A DNA stretch of 64,000 nt, taken from contig OZ253446.1 of the NCBI GenBank assembly GCA_965261245.1, positions 1,233,300-1,297,299 on the forward strand, given 5' to 3'. Position 1 is the stretch's first letter. Every line of letters starts with the position of its first letter. The notes under the pieces are model-generated. The model saw only the letters and a list, made by a program, of their open reading frames with translations, was not told where the DNA came from and ran no database searches. Below are positions 57,876-64,000 of the stretch, piece after piece. The position numbers and the translations under genes were made by a program. The DNA comes from Spirochaetia bacterium. Lineage in GTDB: Bacteria; Spirochaetota; Spirochaetia; G963692905.

Positions 57876-58040
57876 GCAGAGATGCCGCAGCGGTAGATAA
57901 CCCGCTCTCACTAATATCATATATCTCACATCCCTATAACATCTCTGGGGATACTAATACACCCCGGGTGTCCGCGCCCGATGCAAACGCCCCGCACAAG
58001 TTCGAAAACACTTATATATATAGAGAGGAGATATACGATT

Positions 58041-60434
58041 ATGTATAATATAATACGTACCATACGTAACATTACACCGAGACCCGGTGTACTAACCGCC
58101 TGTGCGGCAGTGTTTGCCGTCCTGGTGCTATCGCTGGTAATAGCCGGCTGTGAAGAGACCATTGTCCAGGAAGTCGGCGAGGGCGTCCCGCCTGCACCGA
58201 TAAGCATATCAGTAGCCCCCGGACAAACCAACGACAGCGTCGTTATAACATGGACCGACCCCACGGATGCCGATTTTTCGCATGTGTTTTTGTACTGGAC
58301 ACCGGCAATCGCCGGCGTGGAACAGCCCCTACGGGTAGAAAAAGGCGTTGAAACCGCAACCATCACGGGGTTATCGGGTGGAGATTACATATTCACCGCC
58401 GCTACCGTGGATACCGCAGGTAATATATCGGAGACAAGCGCACGCGTGCGCGGCGGTGCAGATGTTGCTCCGCCAGGTGTAGTAACCCCGACAGCAACCG
58501 CCGCAGTAGGCGGGAGCGTGGATGTAACCTGGACCGATCCCTCCGACGAAGATTTTTCACATATTCTTTTATCATGGACTCCGGCTACCCCTGGTGACAA
58601 CCAGCCGCTCCGTATAGATGCCGGTATACAGGCCGCTAACGTGACCGGTTTGGCCGACGGAACATATATGTTTACGGCAACAAGCGTAGATGCTGTCGGC
58701 AATCAATCGGTTGCCAGCGCCGCGTCCTCGACAACCACAGATGGAACCGCTCCCGCTGCCGTTACCGCCACTGCCGCCTCAGGAGATAACAGTGCCATAA
58801 CATTAACCTGGACCGATCCCACCGAAACCGATTTTTCACATATTCTAATATCCTGGCCCGATGGAAACGGCGGGAATCTTACATCACCGCTGCAGATCGC
58901 TAGCGGTACAGAAACGGCAACCGTCATGCACTTTACTCCCGGTAGTATTGAATTTACGGTAGAGTCCGTAGATAATGCAGGAAACGTAGCCTCCAGTACC
59001 GTTACCGGTACGGCCACAGCAGATATGACGGCACCAGCCGGGGTAACCCTGACGGCTGCCGCCGCAGCAGGCGGTGCCCGGATTACCTGGACCGATCCCA
59101 CCGATTTTGATTTCTCGCATATTCTCTTGTCATGGATGACCACCGGGGGCACAGCTGAATCGCGCCGCGTAAATAAAGATATAGAGACGGCTACAGTTAC
59201 CGGATTGACCGATGGTGCCGCCTATATGTTCACCGCCAAGAGCGTTGATTCTGCAGGTAACGAATCGGCTGTCAGTACGGCGGCAAGCGTAACCGTAGAT
59301 ACGGCTGTGCCTGCCGTTACTGGTATCAGTGCAACAGCAGGAGTGGGAAGTGCAACCATAACGTGGACCAATCCCACCGCTGCTGATTTCAGACACGTCG
59401 ATATTACATGGTCACCGATACTTGCCGATCAGACGCAGCCAGTGCGGAGGATGGGATCGGGGGCGAATCAGACGTTGGTGCTGACTGGTCTAACCAGCGG
59501 TACGCTATATACTATTACCGTAACATCTGCTGATACCCTTGGGAACGAAGCAACCGCTACGGCTACCGTAACGCCCACTGCTACTGCCTCCCCTGCGGTA
59601 ACTGCTGCAGCGACAACGCGAATAACCCCTGCCGGTGGCACTACTGTGACCTGGACCGATCCAAGCGATACGAGTGGAATATCTAAAATAGAGATAACTG
59701 GATTACCAGCCCCAACTACTGCGATAATGGCGATGGTTGGTGACGAAACCGCAAACATTACCGGGCTCAATCCAAACATCAATCATACCATCATGATTTC
59801 AATCCTTGATAGCTCTAATGTTGTTACCAATGTAACCGCAGTAACTGCCAACGCCACACTGCCGGTTGCTCTCTTTAGTCTAGGAGCTGTCGACGGAGAT
59901 TTTGGTTTTGCAGCATGTAACAATGCACTTACTACCGGCACGGGCGCCGCGGTAACGGCTATGCGCACCGCGGGCTACTCTAAGGCGGTATTCTTCGGAT
60001 CAAGAGGCGGTACAGATGCGTATGATTTTATCGATCTTGCAACTAATGTTAATGCACTTGGGTTCAGCAGCACTGCTAATGCAACCCAGCTTGAAGCGCG
60101 GCCGGTTGTAGTCTATACCAGTGCTAATCCCACTACCACTTTCGGATCCCCGCTCGTATCGCGCACCATCGGCAATGTCGTGAATGTTGCTCCTGGAGGA
60201 GGATGGCAGAATGACGGGTATACTGTGGTTGACGACCTTACTACTAGAAGTTTTTGGTCATTCACCGCTAATCAGCGGCTAGGAAATTCACATTGTAACA
60301 ACGCTACCAGTAGGGCGTTTCAGGGAGTTGCAGGCATAACGGGAGGCTCTGCTGCCATTGATGGTATTGCCACTGGTAGTACTAGTTTCTCCGGCTGCAA
60401 CGCTGCCCGTACTGTAATCTGCGCCGCCCACTAG
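58041..60434 (+). CDS. Lipoprotein with six FN3-like tandem repeats and a Cys-containing C-terminal domain
   Basis: MYNIIRT.. N-terminus, lipobox VIAGC. Six units containing TWTDP.D.DFSHILLSW...G...A.VTGL.DG.Y.FT..SVD..GN.S. About 190-aa C-terminal domain with 4 Cys. Confidence 0.75.
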   Translation: MYNIIRTIRNITPRPGVLTACAAVFAVLVLSLVIAGCEETIVQEVGEGVPPAPISISVAPGQTNDSVVITWTDPTDADFSHVFLYWTPAIAGVEQPLRVEKGVETATITGLSGGDYIFTAATVDTAGNISETSARVRGGADVAPPGVVTPTATAAVGGSVDVTWTDPSDEDFSHILLSWTPATPGDNQPLRIDAGIQAANVTGLADGTYMFTATSVDAVGNQSVASAASSTTTDGTAPAAVTATAASGDNSAITLTWTDPTETDFSHILISWPDGNGGNLTSPLQIASGTETATVMHFTPGSIEFTVESVDNAGNVASSTVTGTATADMTAPAGVTLTAAAAAGGARITWTDPTDFDFSHILLSWMTTGGTAESRRVNKDIETATVTGLTDGAAYMFTAKSVDSAGNESAVSTAASVTVDTAVPAVTGISATAGVGSATITWTNPTAADFRHVDITWSPILADQTQPVRRMGSGANQTLVLTGLTSGTLYTITVTSADTLGNEATATATVTPTATASPAVTAAATTRITPAGGTTVTWTDPSDTSGISKIEITGLPAPTTAIMAMVGDETANITGLNPNINHTIMISILDSSNVVTNVTAVTANATLPVALFSLGAVDGDFGFAACNNALTTGTGAAVTAMRTAGYSKAVFFGSRGGTDAYDFIDLATNVNALGFSSTANATQLEARPVVVYTSANPTTTFGSPLVSRTIGNVVNVAPGGGWQNDGYTVVDDLTTRSFWSFTANQRLGNSHCNNATSRAFQGVAGITGGSAAIDGIATGSTSFSGCNAARTVICAAH

Positions 60435-60472
60435 GAGTGTATAAATATGAAAATGAATAGGAGAAAAATAGT

Positions 60473-62014
60473 ATGTTTATAAAAAACTTTCTAAAAATTA
60501 ATATAGCCCTTATCGGGCTAACCGTCCTGGCACTTACCCTCAGTACGTGCGAAGAGACCACAGTAATACCGTTCACGGTAAATCTTGTCTGCCCCAACGG
60601 CACCGCCGATGCGGGTACCGGCATACCAGGCACCATTGGCTGTAGCGCCTGTGAAGCCGGGTATGCCCTAATTAACGCAGCGTGCGTTCCTGCCATCGCT
60701 CCCGCCGCCACCCGCGTCACCCTCCCGGCAAACTACGCCGAAGGCGATAACCCCACGGTTACCGTCGTGGCAGATTTCGAGGACCCGCAGGCAATGATAA
60801 CCGCCGGCTGGGCCGCCACTGATGATTTTGCCTCTCCTGCTGATGTGGATGCATGGCGAGGCCGCTCGCTTGCAGGCAGCGGCGCGGCGTATGTTGGTGA
60901 CCGTCCACTGAACACCTGTCTCCCTGATGATTCAGGATTTGCCAATTGCGACGGCACCTCTACCACCATTACCTCACCAGATATACCCATAGCAGGACGC
61001 TACCTGAACTTCCTCCTGGCTGGTAGGCCGAACAATGCAAACATTGGTGTTATTATCCAGGACAGCGAACAAGCTGCTGCTGATTTTGCAACAGAAAACA
61101 TCGCATTCATTCAACCGCTCCACAATGCCCCACCGTGGACCGTTTCAGATTACGATTGGCGTACGGTAGATTTACAAACCGAAATGGCAGAAACCGATAA
61201 TAAAATACGCATTATCATTCAAGACCAGGCACCCGGGTGGGTAAACGTCGATCACTTCTTTTTTAGTGACACCCCATGGGGGATGCGGGAGGCACAATGG
61301 AGCCTGGATTTCCCTGATTTTTTTGGCGGAAGTGTCGGTACTGGGAATGACTATCTTCGGTTACATACTGGCGGGTTTGACCCCGCTACCGGTCTGCCCA
61401 CTGCACTTTTTGGCGGCTTTGATGATGCCAGCGGGTTTTCTACCGACAGCGGGTGGGCGTATTCGCAAAACATCACCCTTGATCCTGCGACCAATGCCCC
61501 CGCGGATACGGGACTTGCCGGTGTATTTGCCGGTGCATCAACCGCTCGCGGATGGGTGGGCGGTGCTGCTATTAGCACATGTAATATAGACGGTGCTGGG
61601 TGTCGGCAAAGTCTTGCTACCATTACCTCCGCGCCATTTCGGGTTACCGGTCGGTATTTAAACTTTCTGCTCACGGGCAGTACCAGGACAGGTGCCCCGG
61701 ATATCAGCTTAGACGGCAGTGAAGTCAATCCTGCTGTGGAATTTCGCCTGTTCGCGGGAACTGATGATATCGACATGCCCGGGGAGGCACAACTGCGTAT
61801 GTCCCCGACAATCTGCGGGGAAGATTTGAGAGGAGCGAGTAACGGCAATGATGAGAAGTGGCACTCTATTGATGTGAGTGCCTATTTTGGCGAGCAGCTC
61901 CGCTTTCAGCTTGATGATACATCAATAGATGGGTGTCAGGCCATTACTCTTGATCATATGTATTTCAGTGATTACCCAGTACGGAATAACGTGCGGACAA
62001 CCCTGACAAGATAA
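60473..62014 (+). CDS. Lipoprotein with one Cys module and two beta-sandwich (LamG/GH32-associated-like) modules
   Basis: Lipobox LTLSTC. CPNGTADAGTGIPGTIGCSACEAGYALINAAC module. Duplicated ITS..(I/F)...GRYLNFLL.G motif. AGGAGA SD. Confidence 0.65.
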   Translation: MFIKNFLKINIALIGLTVLALTLSTCEETTVIPFTVNLVCPNGTADAGTGIPGTIGCSACEAGYALINAACVPAIAPAATRVTLPANYAEGDNPTVTVVADFEDPQAMITAGWAATDDFASPADVDAWRGRSLAGSGAAYVGDRPLNTCLPDDSGFANCDGTSTTITSPDIPIAGRYLNFLLAGRPNNANIGVIIQDSEQAAADFATENIAFIQPLHNAPPWTVSDYDWRTVDLQTEMAETDNKIRIIIQDQAPGWVNVDHFFFSDTPWGMREAQWSLDFPDFFGGSVGTGNDYLRLHTGGFDPATGLPTALFGGFDDASGFSTDSGWAYSQNITLDPATNAPADTGLAGVFAGASTARGWVGGAAISTCNIDGAGCRQSLATITSAPFRVTGRYLNFLLTGSTRTGAPDISLDGSEVNPAVEFRLFAGTDDIDMPGEAQLRMSPTICGEDLRGASNGNDEKWHSIDVSAYFGEQLRFQLDDTSIDGCQAITLDHMYFSDYPVRNNVRTTLTR

Positions 62015-62127
62015 GAATTCTGGTTATCGGAACTGTGCGGACGCCGCAGTGCCGCGGTGTACCCGAGACTTCGACAAGCTCAGTCTACTATCTACTGTAA
62101 TCTCTGATGACTGGAAGTAGACGCGTG

Positions 62128-62277
62128 CTTTACAACAGCGACGGGGGGTAGCGGAAGACGGTGAGAGCGGCGGCGGGCGAGCGGGAGTGAGCCCGTACCC
62201 ACGCGCCCGCGCGTGGGTAGCCGTTCGGTGCCTGCGCGAGCAGGCACGCCGGCTGCAGCGAGGGGGGCACCCCCCCT
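62128..62277 (-). repeat. Family A repeat, copy A5 (reverse orientation)
   Basis: The reverse complement aligns to A1. Flanked at 62069-62083 by CTTCGACAAGCTCAG. Confidence 0.85.
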
Positions 62278-62357
62278 CTTGCGTCCCTGCAGCGGATGTG
62301 ATAAAATGCAGTACGGATATCGGAACGGTTCCGGGGAAACAATAATAGGAGGCAGAG

Positions 62358-63806
62358 ATGGCAAAATTTAGTCACGATACAATTATAATCGGCGGAGGCG
62401 CAGGAGGGTTGGTTGCGACGGTCGGGCTGGCGCGCCTGGGGGTTAAGGTTGCCCTGGTAGAGCGGCACAAGAAGCTCGGCGGCGATTGTCTGTTTCACGG
62501 GTGTGTACCGAGCAAGAGTCTGCTGCGCAGTGCGGCGGTGTACCATCAGGCGAAGCACTTTTCAGATTACGGGCTCCCGACGGTAAAGCTGCCGCGTCCG
62601 GACCTTGCGCAGGTGAACAAGCGGGTACAGGGGGTCATCAAGACCATCTCTGACCACGATTCGATCGAGCGTTTTGAAAAACTGGGCGCGGAGGTCATAA
62701 TTGGCGATGCGCGGTTCTTGTCGGAGCATCAGGTGCGGGTAGACGGTAAAAAGACCATATCTGCCAAGAATATTATCATTGCCGCCGGGAGCGGGCCGGC
62801 AGAGCTGCCTATCCCGGGGCTGAAAGAGTCCGGGTATATTACCAACCTTGACATATTTACAATGAAGAAATTGCCGGAGCATTTGCTGGTAATCGGGGCA
62901 GGGCCGATTGGGGTAGAGATGAGTATGGCTTTCAGCCGCCTCGGGAGTAAGGTGACTATTATAGACAGAACGGAGACGATACTGCTGAAAGACGATCCGG
63001 ATATGTCCAAGGTGGTACAAGAGGAGATGTTCCGCTGCGGGGCCACGCATATTTGCAACGCAGCAATTGAGCGCATTGAAGGCAAAGGTAAGAGTAAAAC
63101 CATCCACTATAAGGTTGACGGTAAGTCAAAATCGGTAACCGGCGATTGCCTGTTGGTCAGCGCCGGACGGAAGGGGAATGCGGTATCTATGGAATTAGAG
63201 AAGGCCGGCGTTGAGATTCAGCGTAGTTTTATTCCCACAAACGACAAACTGCAAACTTCGACTAAGAATATTTATGCTATCGGGGACAGTAATGGTAAAT
63301 TTTTGTTCACCCATGTGGCGGCGGCGGAGGCCAGCGTTATTGTGCGCCGAGTCGGGCTGCGTGCCGGGGGAAGGATAAATTACCGCGCGGTACCGTGGGT
63401 TACGTACACCGACCCGGAATTGGCATCTATTGGGTACAACGAGATGTTTGCCAAAGCCGATGGGGTCAAGTACCGGACCGTTGTCGCTAATTTCGATGAG
63501 AACGACCGCGCCCTGGCAGAGGGTGCCCCGGAAGGGCGGATAAAAATATTGATTGACAGGAAGAGTAAGGTATTGGGGGTGCAGATTGTCGGGTATCATG
63601 CCGGTGATTTGCTTGCTCCGGCGCTGTTTGCCGTCAACCAGAAGTGGAAAGCCAGTGCGTTGATGGGACCGATATTTCCCTACCCGACAACGGGCGATAT
63701 TTACAAAGGTGCGGTGGGGAACTTTATGGCTCCGAAGCTCTTTAATAACCGGGTGCGGGGGTTTTTGAAATTGCTGCACGGGTACCGGGGCAAACAGAAA
63801 GATTAA
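62358..63806 (+). CDS. Class I pyridine nucleotide-disulfide oxidoreductase (dihydrolipoamide dehydrogenase / mercuric reductase-like)
   Basis: FAD motif IIIGGGAGG, redox-active GGDCLFHGCVPSK, NAD motif VIGAGPIGVE, C-terminal dimerisation domain. AGGAGG SD. Confidence 0.8.
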   Translation: MAKFSHDTIIIGGGAGGLVATVGLARLGVKVALVERHKKLGGDCLFHGCVPSKSLLRSAAVYHQAKHFSDYGLPTVKLPRPDLAQVNKRVQGVIKTISDHDSIERFEKLGAEVIIGDARFLSEHQVRVDGKKTISAKNIIIAAGSGPAELPIPGLKESGYITNLDIFTMKKLPEHLLVIGAGPIGVEMSMAFSRLGSKVTIIDRTETILLKDDPDMSKVVQEEMFRCGATHICNAAIERIEGKGKSKTIHYKVDGKSKSVTGDCLLVSAGRKGNAVSMELEKAGVEIQRSFIPTNDKLQTSTKNIYAIGDSNGKFLFTHVAAAEASVIVRRVGLRAGGRINYRAVPWVTYTDPELASIGYNEMFAKADGVKYRTVVANFDENDRALAEGAPEGRIKILIDRKSKVLGVQIVGYHAGDLLAPALFAVNQKWKASALMGPIFPYPTTGDIYKGAVGNFMAPKLFNNRVRGFLKLLHGYRGKQKD

Positions 63807-63814
63807 GTAGAAAG

Positions 63815-64000
63815 ATGAAAAATTTAAAAGCAATTGTATTAGTAGCACTGCTGCTGGTTTGTATCGTGCTGGTGACCGTCCTGGACGTGCGCCAGTATTT
63901 GGCGACGTTTATTGAATCGATAGAAGGATTGGGGTTTAGCGGTAAACTGATATTCGGCGCGATTTATGCCCTGGCAACGATTTTGTTCGTGCCGGGCTCT
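63815..64000 (+). CDS. TVP38/TMEM64 (DedA-related) membrane protein, N-terminal part (3' end outside window)
   Basis: Hydrophobic N-terminus and ..IYALATILFVPGS motif. ORF is open to the window end. Confidence 0.55.
   Translation, partial: MKNLKAIVLVALLLVCIVLVTVLDVRQYLATFIESIEGLGFSGKLIFGAIYALATILFVPGS

Noticed and set aside
57751-58040. A riboswitch or other known cis-regulatory RNA in the ~285-nt leaders (also 19076-19364).
   Set aside because: I could not match any riboswitch core I know (cobalamin, TPP, SAM, c-di-GMP, guanidine, fluoride). The two leaders share little sequence apart from the poly-C context and the SD/start region.

Overview
GC-rich bacterial chromosomal window (by eye about 55-65% G+C, apart from one AT-rich island). 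It holds about 53 protein genes and one tRNA-Ser. I recognise no rRNA, CRISPR array, transposase, integrase or reverse transcriptase. The ORF track shows GTG/TTG starts as M, and several long track ORFs are N-terminal over-extensions, which I trimmed. Housekeeping blocks: manA, ligA, ssb, dnaX-ybaB-recR, lplA, def-fmt, priA, family-4 UDG, truA, acpS, cdaA-cdaR (c-di-AMP), tag, nadK-recN, and carbohydrate genes (GH57, GH1, MalK-type ABC ATPase). The unusual content falls in five groups. (1) Families of predicted surface lipoproteins lie at 17.7-26.8 kb, 34.8-38.1 kb and 58-62 kb: 8-Cys tandem-repeat proteins, BNR/Asp-box propellers (one with a collagen-like stalk), three tandem GLUG-repeat paralogues, an FN3-repeat protein and a two-module beta-sandwich protein. 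Hypermutable tracts sit at their 5' ends: a (GA)18 tract that frameshifts one paralogue, and a G21/C21 tract and a C9 tract at matching positions in two long leaders. (2) Two families of ~150-nt intergenic repeats (A and B) occur five times each, with hairpins that covary between copies. At 7.6-8.3 kb one A and one B form a composite element with short tandem arrays and a recurrent GAGCYTGTCGAAG motif. (3) At least seven genes have a sigma70-like -10 hexamer 6-7 nt upstream of the ATG and no Shine-Dalgarno sequence, suggesting leaderless mRNAs. (4) An AT-rich single-gene island encoding a DUF262/DUF1524 (GmrSD-like) nuclease abuts tRNA-Ser. (5) Two small unannotated ORFs are present: a 29-aa bS22-like basic peptide and a 41-aa membrane peptide. 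My taxonomic guess is a Treponema-like spirochaete. This is a low-confidence inference from lipoprotein content and homopolymer tracts, and I cannot verify it here. All product calls rest on motifs read from the translations; no database search was run.
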